Positions 49,137 to 60,383 of a stretch of DNA of 64,000 nucleotides are shown here, one piece after another. A model generated the notes under the pieces. It had not been told where the DNA came from. It made no database searches and saw only the letters and a list, made by a program, of their open reading frames with translations. The stretch is from Oopsacas minuta (taxonomy: Eukaryota > Animalia > Porifera): NCBI GenBank assembly GCA_024704765.1, contig JAKMXF010000044.1, forward strand, positions 883,082 through 947,081, written 5' to 3'. Positions within the stretch are counted from its first letter, which is position 1, and the number at the start of each line of letters is the position of its first letter. The translations under genes and the position numbers were made by a program.

Positions 49137-51386
49137 CTATACAGCAGTGCTGCCCTCTGAGGAGGTCCTGCTATCCGAGCCCGTCCCAGCAGATAGTGAG
49201 ATTATCCCGGTAGATGTGTCCAATGCATGAAAAGGCAACATGCCTTGTGCTAGTAGCTGGCCCAAGGGACCGAGTGAAATGAGTCTTGCAGTGGGTGCGG
49301 CAGTGTTTAATAGGTGATGTTGTGATGTGTGCGGAGTGGAGGGAGAGCAGTGTCTTTGTTGCCAGTGATCGTGTGGCGGAGATATTTGTCTATCGATTGA
49401 TGGAGCAGTATGTGTACTCTTTTTAGAATTAGGATTATTATCACCTGTCCGTCTACTTCCGAATTTGAAGGAACGTTTGCTCCCACGAGTAGCAGAGGGT
49501 TGACGTAGTTTAGACATCCATACTCGTATGGTTGCATCGTCTGAAGAGGATGCTAAGATGTCAGGACGGATCGGATTCCAATGAACTGAGTTAACTGTAC
49601 GAGAATGTCCACTTAGTTTTAAGATTGGTTTCTCATTAGATTTATGCCACAAATATACAAAACCATCTTCTGAACCAGAGGCTAGGAACTCACAATTCAA
49701 CCCTCCAAAACATGAATGTATAGCGTAATATCCCTGACTAATACCTGTGTAGTGTCTGACTAGAGCTCTATCCTCTAAGTCCCAGAGATGCAGTCCCTGG
49801 TTAGAAAGGTTGAGGAGAGCTAGACCTCCGTCTGGAGATACTGAGAATGATAGTATAGGATCAGATTCCTGAATCAGGTTTGTATCGTTATGTGATTCAA
49901 AATGGTATTGTCGTATCCGCATATGAGTATCAGCTGCTAATACTAACTTAGGATCCTTGAGTACATGTAATCCTGTTACCCTCAGGCCCTCCCATTGCTC
50001 TATCACACTACCTTCTAAATCACATTGATAAAACTGTCCCTTAGTCCCCCCTGTGCAGAATATGTCAGTGTCTAACCAAGCGCATGAAGTAAGAGAATCT
50101 TCACGCGTGTTATTGACAGTACAGCGTATCTCTCCTGTATCAGAGCTGAACACCATCAATTCAGAGGACTCCTCTCTCCCACAGGATATGATGTGTTTAT
50201 CGTCAGGTGACCAGCTTAGATACCCTATACCTCCTGCCTGAGCTGTAAGGGTGTGTAGGAGTGCAGGAGAGGAGGAAGGGTAGTCTTCTGTTATAATTAT
50301 AGAGAAGTCATATATAATAATTTTACCATCCTTACAGCCAGAAGCTAGCTTACTACCATCATGTGAGAATTGTAAGAACCAAACTTCATCAGTGTGTTCT
50401 TTGAGTATGAATCTGGTTTCAGAGGGGAGGAGGTCATCTGAGCAGAGATGGTCCTGTAACAATCCCTCGTGTTCAGTTTCTCTAACAACATACATATTGT
50501 GACAAGGACATTGAGAGATCTGCCATTGTAGAGATTGTCTCAGTAACTCGTCCATTCTATCTCCCGGTAGTACTGCTTGTACTGGCAGGTAGCATTCTAA
50601 TCGCTCCACGAGTAGTTGTCTGCTATCACCCTTACTACCACTCCAATTAGCACACGTTTTAAGCTCTTCCACAGACCTACACATCATACAGGAAGACAGC
50701 TGATGTACCCGTTCTGTCTTCTCTGTGTCCTGAGGAAGCTGAGGGAGTAGAGGAGATATCTCTTCTCTCAGGCACTGCAAAGCTTCTATGTCTTGCTTCG
50801 TTTCCAGGAGTTCTAAGTATTTTTGTTCTAACAGCAAGAAGCGCATGGTGTGTACAATTTGTTGATCTTCTAACAGAGATGACAAATCAACAAGAGCCTT
50901 CTCAGCTCCAGGCCAGTCTCCACTGAGTACTTTCTGACGGAAAGTAGCAGCTAATACGTGTTCAAGACGACAACCACTCTCCCGAACTAGATTACTAACA
51001 GTCTGGTGGTATCCCATTCTACGCAGATATTGTCCAATCAAACGGACAATGTTCTCCTCCCAGGGGGTGAGGTCTTTACGAGGGAGCGGGACAGAAAACT
51101 CCTCTTTTACCTGGATATCAGGTATACTTTCGGTACTGCTAGAAATTCCATTTCCATTCATGATAGAGGCATTCGTAACAGTGTGCTCTTTGAAGTTCGC
51201 GACTGTTTGCCCAGAATTTGATTGTATTGGGAATTGGGTCGGCCTGTTTTGCAGGCCTTGTGAGTCAGTAGGTTGAGGATCCAGATTGAAGTGTCTCTGT
51301 ACGGAGGGGCGTCGTCGTTTAGGAGGCGGGGGTCCAAACCCTAAGGGACTACTGCTCGAATCACTATCTTGAGAGGCCAGTTTCAA
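49137..51386 (-). CDS. WDR26: WD repeat protein 26 (CTLH/GID complex subunit), single coding exon
   Basis: LisH/CTLH IVRLIGQYL..LVRESGCRLEH, FLLLEQKYLELLE; WD40 EHTDEVWFLQFS, ASGSEDGFVYLWH, GHSRTVNSVHWNP. First in-frame ATG is at 51161. Confidence 0.95.
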   Translation of the reverse strand: MKLASQDSDSSSSPLGFGPPPPKRRRPSVQRHFNLDPQPTDSQGLQNRPTQFPIQSNSGQTVANFKEHTVTNASIMNGNGISSSTESIPDIQVKEEFSVPLPRKDLTPWEENIVRLIGQYLRRMGYHQTVSNLVRESGCRLEHVLAATFRQKVLSGDWPGAEKALVDLSSLLEDQQIVHTMRFLLLEQKYLELLETKQDIEALQCLREEISPLLPQLPQDTEKTERVHQLSSCMMCRSVEELKTCANWSGSKGDSRQLLVERLECYLPVQAVLPGDRMDELLRQSLQWQISQCPCHNMYVVRETEHEGLLQDHLCSDDLLPSETRFILKEHTDEVWFLQFSHDGSKLASGCKDGKIIIYDFSIIITEDYPSSSPALLHTLTAQAGGIGYLSWSPDDKHIISCGREESSELMVFSSDTGEIRCTVNNTREDSLTSCAWLDTDIFCTGGTKGQFYQCDLEGSVIEQWEGLRVTGLHVLKDPKLVLAADTHMRIRQYHFESHNDTNLIQESDPILSFSVSPDGGLALLNLSNQGLHLWDLEDRALVRHYTGISQGYYAIHSCFGGLNCEFLASGSEDGFVYLWHKSNEKPILKLSGHSRTVNSVHWNPIRPDILASSSDDATIRVWMSKLRQPSATRGSKRSFKFGSRRTGDNNPNSKKSTHTAPSIDRQISPPHDHWQQRHCSPSTPHTSQHHLLNTAAPTARLISLGPLGQLLAQGMLPFHALDTSTGIISLSAGTGSDSRTSSEGSTAV

Positions 51387-53539
51387 GAGGGCTGGCTAAA
51401 TCGTAGCCAAGGTCAATGTCCAAATCAAAATAAAGTTATAACAAAGAAAGACTGGTTGCAATTTCTAGATTTTTCTATCACTAATTAGCTGAAACTGTAT
51501 AAATAGTGCATAAACTTATACTACTAATTATGAACCCTAGAAATACGGGATAACAAAACACTTTCTGTCTTACCTAACCGCCCCAAGCCTTAGAATTATA
51601 TTATTCACGAATATGCAATATGTCAAAGTGTGCAAGGAATAATTATACAATTATATTAGAATTCTTGAATGCTTCGGAAAGGGCCTACCATTCAAACAGT
51701 TATCGTGACACTCGTATAGCTACGTGCTATGGCATACAAACTTTAGATATTCTCCACGTGCATCTGTGTAGAAATAGATTTGTAGAATATTAGAAGAATT
51801 GAGAAGAATACACATATAGCTAGTTCTTCTAGTGGTTAGAGATTAGTAGTAGTGTCTGCTTTACTATTCTCATTATAATTACATGCACTCGCATTCAAAT
51901 AGTATTGAACTTGAAAAATGAATAGATAATTAATTGTACAGTGATGATGTTATCATTTCATATCGTATTCTGCCAATTGAACATCAAATATTAAATTTGT
52001 TATTTATCAAATACAGTATTGAAACAAAATTTCTAGCATCATTTGATTTTTGCAAAAAGGTGCTAAAATATGATTAACCATATGATAACTCTGTCAATTT
52101 GTAAATTTCAGGCTCTCAAATCTCAAAATCGGACTCTAAGCACCCAACTACCCCTAACAACGTGCTGAAACCTAATCTCTAGCATGCTTTTGAATTTTTC
52201 ATAGAAAGGTGTGGAAATATGATTAATCACCAAAAAGGTGAGAAAATTCACTTTAGAAAAATTCATACCCGAGATGCATATCTCCGACCAAAAATGTATT
52301 TGTACAATTTTATAGAGAAGAATATGGGTTGGTGCTAAATACCATTCAACAAAGGACTTTCTGTCCATGAAAATGTTACTACAGTAGATAATGGATATAG
52401 TGATAGTATCTGGAGCGTGCATTTGGGTCATGCTTCTACACGATGAACAGCGATTAGTCGTTAAATATTACTATATTTGAAGTATAAGCCATGCTAAGCC
52501 TAAAGGCGTCAGTCAAAACATGAATACTCATATGAAAAATCTGTGAATTTCTCAATGCGGACCACCTGTGCTGTGACGGCATGTTGGCACATAACAAGCA
52601 TATATCATAAACTGATTCGATAAAAGACTAAATATATACATCACTACCAAATACAACCAGGAGATATGGAAACACAAGGACCAGATATTTGACCATAACT
52701 AGTTTAAGGGACCAGTTATGGTCGGCCATAACTGGTCCGGGGACTACTTCTATTTAAAATAACAGATATCTCCTATCCCGAGTCCGATATTGTTACCAGA
52801 GCAAACACTAGCGGACTCGGGATTATGATTCAGGAGCGGAAGGTGAAGTGGTGCTTCATTTTTGAAGGAGTGCACACACTGGAGCGCGGTCCTATTTAAT
52901 TGCAAACAATTTACAAATTTCATCGTCATTCTGCATAAAATTCAGTATTCTTGCTTTAAAAAATGGATGCTTGGACACTTGTAGAATTCACAATTTATTG
53001 AAATTGTTTGATCTTGTAGATTTAGTAATTTTCAGAAAGTACAATTGTTAAATTCAATCCTGATTACTTAATGGATATAAACTATAAAGTAAATATATTT
53101 ACCGAATCTCAAAATTTTGTTAGATACTTGCTCTCAACGGGTATACTGAGGAACAAAGTATGCTGACTCTTTTACAGTTTTTAATTTGAGGCAAGGGGGC
53201 ATGCCCGGGGCACGAGATTTTGCCAGGATGGTGATTCCGGGAAATCTGCCTAATTTATGGCATTTCGCGGAACACTTCCGGTGTCACAGTGAATAGTGTA
53301 GTGATTCCCACAAAACGGTTATTCATTGCTTACTTCTTCATTCTTTCAGATTTACATTAGATTTGTATTTTAATAAATCAACAAATATATTTACATATGA
53401 TTAATTTCAAAGTGTTGAATTTAACATATTCTACAGTTAACCAACCTCGAAAGTCACGTGGTTGTAGTTATTAGTACTTCTGCGTACTGAGTTCAAGTCA
53501 AAGAGAAATTTAGGACCTACGTACATATCCTTTGAGTAC

Positions 53540-54065
53540 TTAGACCTCTCCATAACTTCAGGAAATATAGTTTTTCGTGTTATTTATGTTACTGTCCACC
53601 TCCTTCGCCCAAAAAATATTTTCTTTGGCCAATTTATGTCTGAATTCCAAGATTTAATTGAGCGAGTATATACTAACCAACATAAGTTAATCTTAGCTAG
53701 TGATTTTAATATAAAATTTGACTTAGTTTTAGATCCAGAGAGAGAATCCGATTTAGTGATGCTCTTGAGACAATTGACTTTCAAAACACATAAAATCTCC
53801 AACTCATATTTCAGGTCACACTCTAGATCTTGTGATCACAAAGTGTTCAAATAGTGATTCTATTAAATCCCTCAATACTTTTTCAGATAGTCCTTCAGAC
53901 CATTCCTATATCATTTGTGATGTATACTATCCTCGGCCTAACTTCCAAAATACAATTTGTATAGAGAAAAGTGCACAAACAAATCTGAAAATATTATTCC
54001 TGTACTTATGAACTTACACTGGTTACCAGTCAAAGCTCGTATTGAATACAAAATCCTGAAAATTG
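53540..54065 (+). mobile_element. L2/CR1-type LINE relic, left part
   Basis: Endonuclease-like KLILASDFNI and RT C-terminal LHWLPVKARIEYKILK. Confidence 0.75.
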
Positions 54066-54084
54066 GAGTTATTTAAAAGTGAGT

Positions 54085-54119
54085 AGCGCATGCGCTGCAT
54101 TTTGAGTAGCGCATGCGCT
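54085..54119. promoter_or_regulatory. Two NRF1-consensus palindromes AGCGCATGCGCT (54085..54096, 54108..54119) at the left end
   Basis: Exact GCGCATGCGC, the established NRF1 consensus; copies start 23 bp apart, upstream of the gene at 54343. Confidence 0.8.
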
Positions 54120-54342
54120 ACATTAATATATAATTGGAATTTTGGAAAAAAGTAGGCTCTCAAATTACATCCTATTATAGTGTAATTAAATCCGCAGGAA
54201 CTGATATTAATTTTTGAGTTTTGTTACTTATTTCTACTTCCTTTATTAGCAAAATCCCTAAATATGTTTCTCAATTAACTTTATACTTTACTCAATCAGT
54301 GTTTCCTCTTGATTTCCCATTCTGTACCCTTGATTAGCCAAA

Positions 54343-56059
54343 ATGCCAAAGATCCCCAAATTGACAAAGAATAATGCTATAATGGTACTGACAGACATAT
54401 TATCTGAGTTTCGTTCAGTAACAGGTGAATATGCCGGAGCTGTATTTTCATGGCATGGAAAGCTTGGCTCTTTGGGTCCAGAAAAATTTCAAAGCTATAT
54501 CACTGGGAATAGCGCTGAAATATCAAGAACTCTACTGACTAACCAAATATCTACAAGTACGTCAGCGTCATCAAAGCCTGTTCGTGATCACGAAATCCTC
54601 AAGCTATTAGATGGAGATATATCTGGCTATAATGTACAGGGACTGCGAAGACTTGTTTCTGCGATTATAAAAGTGTCAACTGGTAAGTCAACGGTGTGAA
54701 TTTATATAATTATATGGGTCACTGATTATATATCTCTGTATTTTAGGGAAAGGTATGTTTTTTTGGAATGATCCTTCTCTCAAACCACCTTTTTGGCCCG
54801 AAAGAGTCCCTTTCGAAAACATAAAAAGCGCATGTAAGATTCATCTGCGTATGATAATAGAATCATATAAGGATTACTCTATGAAAGCGCGAGTTTCAGT
54901 CCGCCCTCAATCTCAGAAGTCTCCAAGCTCTTCTCAAGCATCGCGACATGATATCTACCGTGACCGATCTAGATCTCCTCTTGATTTCGCTAGAGATGTA
55001 ATACACCAAGAATCTGATGTAGATACTAGTGATGATTCCTTCGATGAGCTTTTTCAGCAACCCGTTATCGCTTCGAACAAACCTATTTCAGATCCTCAAA
55101 CACCTACCCCAACTTCCAGTCTGGTGACATTACTCGGAGTTAAGCCATTGGATCCTATCCAAATAATCACTCCTCCCATTAGTTTAAATGAGAAAAACTT
55201 GTCAATTTCTGAATTGTCAAGTCGTAATACTTTCCTAACAGGCACCACCATTAATGCATTCTGTGTAAGTTTATTATACATTGAAATTCAATCCGTTTTG
55301 TTAGCAAATATTCTCATACCATATATGTATTTGTAGACATTACTGAAGAAGAATTTCCCCCATTTACAGGGACTTCAGGATACTATTCTCTCCGAAGTGA
55401 GTTTCTCGGTTTAAATTTTTGAATTGTAAATCAATATTTGATATTCAATTAATTCTTAGAATCGTCAATTCGTCAAAGCTCCTCGTCCTAGTATACAACT
55501 GCATCACGATGGCGCACTTCACTGGGTTTGCTCCAGTATTGATGTTGAAGGGCATGTAACTTTATATGATTCGCTATCTACTGGGAGAATATCTGATGAA
55601 TTAGCTGTGCAATTGGCCTTCCTATATGGAAATGATGCTGATCATGAGCTGAAAGTCGCCCTTGCTCCTATTCAGCAGCAAAGAGGTGGGGCGGATTGTG
55701 GTTTATTTGCAGCGGCAGTCTGTTTGACAATAGCAACGGGAGGCGACCCAACCCAAGTATACTGGAAACAGTCAAGAATGAGATCTCACCTAACTGATTG
55801 TTTCAACAGCGAAATTTTGACACCCTTTCCTAAGATAGAAAGAATAGTATTACGATCTCGCCTGACTACAAATCTAGGGACAGATTTAAAGATAAAGTTA
55901 TGGTGTTTATGTCATCTACCCAGTTGCGCGTCAAAAAATATGATTGAATGTCCCAAATGTCTTAAATGGTTCCACAAACCATGTGTAGGACTTGAAGATA
56001 TTGACAAAGACATCGATAACTTTTATTGTCACAATTGTCGTGAGTCTCCTAACATATAA
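54343..56059 (+). CDS. NRF1-like DNA-binding domain + Ulp1/C48-type protease + PHD finger, 4 exons, 505 aa
   Basis: Exons 54343-54682, 54747-55264, 55337-55396, 55460-56059 (GT-AG, 1518 nt in frame). KVSTGKG..W..KPPFWPE; His (HWV), Asp (YDS), Gln/Cys (QQQRGGADCG); C4HC3 WCLC..CPKC.KWFHKPC..YCHNC. Confidence 0.85.
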
Positions 56060-56066
56060 ACTATTT

Positions 56067-59000
56067 TCATATATTATTATTTTGTGATAGAATATGTAGA
56101 TTCAAACATGCTAGAAAATATCTTGTAGTGAAGAATACATTATCAATACGCATGTATGCGATTTGTGTTGCTATCCTTCTTAGTGATGAAAACAACTGCT
56201 CGCAAATTTGTGAGTTTAGCTTTTTCATCTCGTCAGTCTGAATTGATCTCAAAGAATAAGAGGGATTGCACTTGTGGTTTGTAGAATGGAATCGATCAAT
56301 CAGAAATGTTGTCTTACGAAATACTTTGGGGTCCCTATATAAAAAATCACGAATTAATTTCTATTTGAAATCTCGATTATTTATCATTTATACCCAATTT
56401 GTTATGTGCACTTACCTTTTCATACATGTTTTGTGTAAGTTGCAAGCATTATCGTAGATGATCACTTTTGGCTGTTCTCTGAATATGGTCATTAACAAAT
56501 TATAAATTACAACTGTAGATTCGTGTTGTCTGAGGATTTGGAAACCATAACAAATCCTGTGCTTACAAGCGATTGCTACTATTCCGGGGGAAAACCTTTT
56601 GTGAGTTGGAAACTTTTTGAGACACGGTTCAGCTGACTCAACTTCTGGATTTTCGTATACTGGCAACCTGTACAATTATAGTAGAATGGTAAAATATAAA
56701 AAAAGTTGAATAGCATTTAGTATTTTCAGTATAAACACAATTACAAGTTTGAACTTACATGTAGTTTGTTGTGAATGCTGGGAAATAATTGTAGTAGTTT
56801 TCGCTTTGTGGAGAATATTCCACTAATTTTCTTGACGTTCTACTAAATAAACTCTCTATTTGTGTCAGGATTCTTTTCAACAGCGGGAAAACTTTGGGAT
56901 GTAAAGTGACAAACCCTGTGCATGTGATATCTTTATTAGGTTTGATAGAATTGAATAAGATATCCAATGTATACATCTTCTGATATATTGAATTAAAGGA
57001 ATCTTCACTTGCTGATTTTCCATTGGCAAGAAGAGCTATTGCTTTCCGTTCATTCGGTTCCAGCAGAGAGAATTGGAATACTCCTGATATTGGATCTGTA
57101 TGGCAAAGGAGTTTTATGACTTTCTTAACATGTATATATTCTTCACTTATAGTCACTAAATTTTCTGTCCTAATGGAACTAAATAAAATATAATCAGCCA
57201 TTTCTTTATGAATAGACTTCAATAGGTCTTTTAGCGTATTTTCTGTCAAACCTTCAGAACAGAATTTAAGGAGTTGCTTTCTAATTGCTGTGTCGGGGAT
57301 AAAAACACGATCTGAAAATGGGATCATAGGGTATTGCTGATCCTGATCGAATTTTGCATCCACTTCTGGTACTGATTTCATTGTTCCCATCGCTATGCCA
57401 TCTAAAATTATCACATCGGGATGATTTTTACACTTTGGACATATGTAGTTCGAGTCATAATCTATGTCTACTGTTCTCAGATAGGCGTTCCATGCCTGAT
57501 AAACAATGTGATAATGGAATGTATTCGTTCTACCCATTCTGATAAGCTTCCTGTTCTTGGCACTAAAGAGTAAAACGAAGAATTAGATTGTATGTATATA
57601 GGAATTTTAATTTATCAAGAATATATTTTAAACAATACATACCTCAAGTAACCGTACAAAGTATTTCTAGACATGGTCATCAACTCGCTATAATCATATA
57701 ACAAACTGTAATGAACAAAATACTTGTTGTTGATGTTTAACAGTGAACTGTTCTGACCTTCGAAGACTGCCAAGCAATTGCAAAGTCCACTGCATCTTGA
57801 ACTGTAAACTATATACTTACAATATAATTACTGAGTTACCAAGCACAGGCAAATTTAGGGAGGGGGTAAATTGGGACGAGTTGATTGCAATCGAATGAAC
57901 AATCTTATATGTAGACCAAATATTTATTGAAATTCCTTTATAATTGCAAGACTTGTTTTCAACGGCTAAATACGTAGAATAACCGATCATACTAAATTAA
58001 AATTGCGACCGAGCGAATGGTTCATTGATGATAAATATATACTTTTGTAATCTTTGAATTCATTAATATCATTTTCTAAATAGATAACTATTCCAACCTT
58101 CTCTAGTTTAAGCTTCTCCTCTTCATTGAATTTGAAACCATAGTCACAAAATTCCTTTTCAGGATACATATTTAAAGGTAAATTGATGCCATGGAAGAGC
58201 TGATAGTTGTAAATTGCTATTTGGCTTTCATCTAGATTGAATGGTATTGCTCTTGTTGATATCGTGTTATATTCAAACTTTTTCTGTGTATTTGATCCAG
58301 TATTTTCGAGAATATTATGGAGTCTAGAATGTTGTTTGCACTTTGAAGAACAAGAACAACATAACCACCTATCATTATTTAATTGGAAGTTGTGAAAAGT
58401 ATCATCTGTCAACAGAAAGATATCGTTAGGACTTGGGAAATAATATATTATGTCTTCTAGAATGTTTGCTTCACAAACTTGCAAACAATCATTTTGTGAA
58501 CAGAGTTCAAATGCTTGATAATGAGAACAAGTATCACTATAACAATTGGCGCATAGATTGCTGTTTGTTTCAATTATGATTCTCCTTTTGTTTAGTACAA
58601 CGGTTCCTTGAAATACAAAATGTTTAGTTATGGTAGTGAGAATAGTAAATGTACAGTAGACTCCGATTAATAGGGTCACTTGGGACCAGGCCATTTGACC
58701 CGATTAACCGAAATAAAGGTGTTGGGCCCTACGAACCGGAGCAGAGAGACAAACATGCAAACAGACAACAATAATAGCGATAATAACGTAAATTTACCTT
58801 GAGAGTAATCATAATCTGCAATTATAACATATTCACTATCCTCTAACTTTTGTATGTGAGACTTCAATATCAATAGTTTTACATACTGGTCAATTATAGG
58901 CATTTCTACTTGTTTCATTTCTGGTTCTGAGAAGCAATCAGGTTGACACTGATCTATGCGAAATATTATATTGAATCAACAAGCAACTAAAGTTTGCTTG

Positions 59001-59264
59001 AAAGCATAAGGAATTAAGAATATAATTATCACCTGTTTTTGACCATGTTGGTACATCTGATTCTATCAATTTAAATGATTCCCCTTCTGATAGGCATACT
59101 TTGTCGATGTCTAATGTGATGAAGCTGATATCTTCTTTCTCCGAGATTTTTCGTTTTTTTGGGTATATATTATCAGATCCAGTTTGTGAAGTTACTTTTT
59201 CAGCCATTTCCAAAATGAAATTATCTAATGAATGGTATAAATTTATATATCTACTTCTATACAT
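56067..59264 (-). CDS. KDZ-family (HMGXB3/Zisupton-related) transposase, 7 exons, ~813 aa
   Basis: Exons 59264-59033, 58953-58798, 58606-58043, 57808-57643, 57562-56759, 56667-56416, 56334-56067 (GT-AG, 2442 nt, no stops). SWIM-like CxxC-C-H and Cys clusters; IILDG, PG..ACKH..YG..ES, IIYDNAC, IDRFH..NH, NSQICEQ. Confidence 0.85.
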
Positions 59265-59408
59265 TATAAATGCACCAGCATTCCAATGACCACTTGTCGT
59301 AATGTGGTTTCGAAACTTATCTAATCACATTCAATTCAGCAGTTTGGGTAACTATGGTTGAAATGATAACGCGTATCTATAAATATGACATACCAATAAT
59401 CCTAATGC

Positions 59409-59420
59409 AGCGCATGCGCT
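59409..59420. promoter_or_regulatory. NRF1-consensus palindrome AGCGCATGCGCT in the right TIR
   Basis: Exact motif, about 145 bp upstream of the transposase ATG on the minus strand. Confidence 0.8.
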
Positions 59421-59439
59421 ACTCATTTTTAAATATATG

Positions 59440-59800
59440 GAAAATTGTTTACAAAATTTATCTTAAGAGTTTGATATCTTTTTCAGAATCTTACTTATGA
59501 CCATAGATCACTGCTTCGAACCTACTTCGACAACCCAGGTCTATAACAAAAAATTATGGTGACCGTGCACTTTCATATGCTGCACCAAAACTATGGAATT
59601 CACTCTCTGATTAAATATGAAAATCTGCTTCACTGGAAATATTTAAAAAATAAATCAAAAAATATTCTTATTTAAACTTCATTACCTGTAAATATTGTTT
59701 TATGAGTTAAGTACTTCTGTATTTGATTGCATATTATGTATATTTATCCGTAATTTGACCCGTAAACGCTTTGAGACTCTGCGGAAAGCGTACAAATACT
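59440..59800 (+). mobile_element. L2/CR1-type LINE relic, right part
   Basis: IVYK..YLKSLI and YGDRA.SYAAPKLWNSL, followed by a (TAT)n tail. Confidence 0.75.

Positions 59801-59801
<1 letters not shown>

Positions 59802-59843
<42 letters not shown>
59802..59843. repeat. (TAT)14 microsatellite, probably the LINE 3' tail
   Basis: Read directly from the sequence. Confidence 0.9.
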
Positions 59844-59846
<3 letters not shown>

Positions 59847-60383
59847 ACGTAACTCCTGTTATAAAGAAGTGATTCTTAACCTTCCTTATAGCTTCAAAGT
59901 AGTTGATTTTACAACAAAATACAGCTATAAAACGAAATGAAAGTGAGGTCCCTAGCACTTAGTTTAATGAAGCTTTATTGTATATGTATATGGCATAAAA
60001 GGATAGGATACAATTTTGATTTTGCTGCCCGGAGAAAGCCTTAAAATGGTGAATGCGGCCCTCAACCCAATAAGTTTGCCGACCCCTACCCTAGATAGTA
60101 AATACCTAATTTATGTTATATGCGAGTTCTCTGAATTGAAATTTGCTTATAATGAATAGTACTTAGCATATAATAAAACCCGTATACACAGGGGTCCCTG
60201 GTGAGCATGCTCTCAGTACTTTGCGATATCTCAGAATTTGTGTGTTCGATTGAATTTCCTATGGAAATATTCGCGACGAGTTGACCTAAAATACAGACGA
60301 GTCGGGATTTGCATAGGTACGAGTTTACTGTTGCCCTTGTCTTGCTATCTGGTCAGATTATATATTGGCTATTAGGTATTTTG

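Larger units (their letters stand above)
54066..59439. mobile_element. Complete KDZ/Zisupton-like DNA transposon, 5374 bp, two convergent genes
   Basis: 8 bp direct repeat GAAAATTG at 54058..54065 and 59440..59447; 36 bp TIR (54066..54101 / 59404..59439, 32/36 identical). Removing the element restores the LINE reading frame IEYKILKIVYK. Confidence 0.9.

Noticed and set aside
52690-52745. GACCATAACT / AGTTATGGTC local inverted repeats
   Set aside because: Short, most likely subterminal repeats of a decayed MITE, with no further support.
57820-57963. Extra transposase exon (TVENKSCNYKG...)
   Set aside because: It would require a 19 nt intron. Splicing 58043 directly to 57808 gives a clean frame (DYK-IYSSRCSGLCNC).
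54070-59435. TTAA or TTTAAA target duplication (Kolobok/piggyBac-like) for the two-gene element
   Set aside because: TTTAAA lies inside the inverted repeat. The outer GAAAATTG pair is symmetric and restores the LINE frame, so it is the better TSD.
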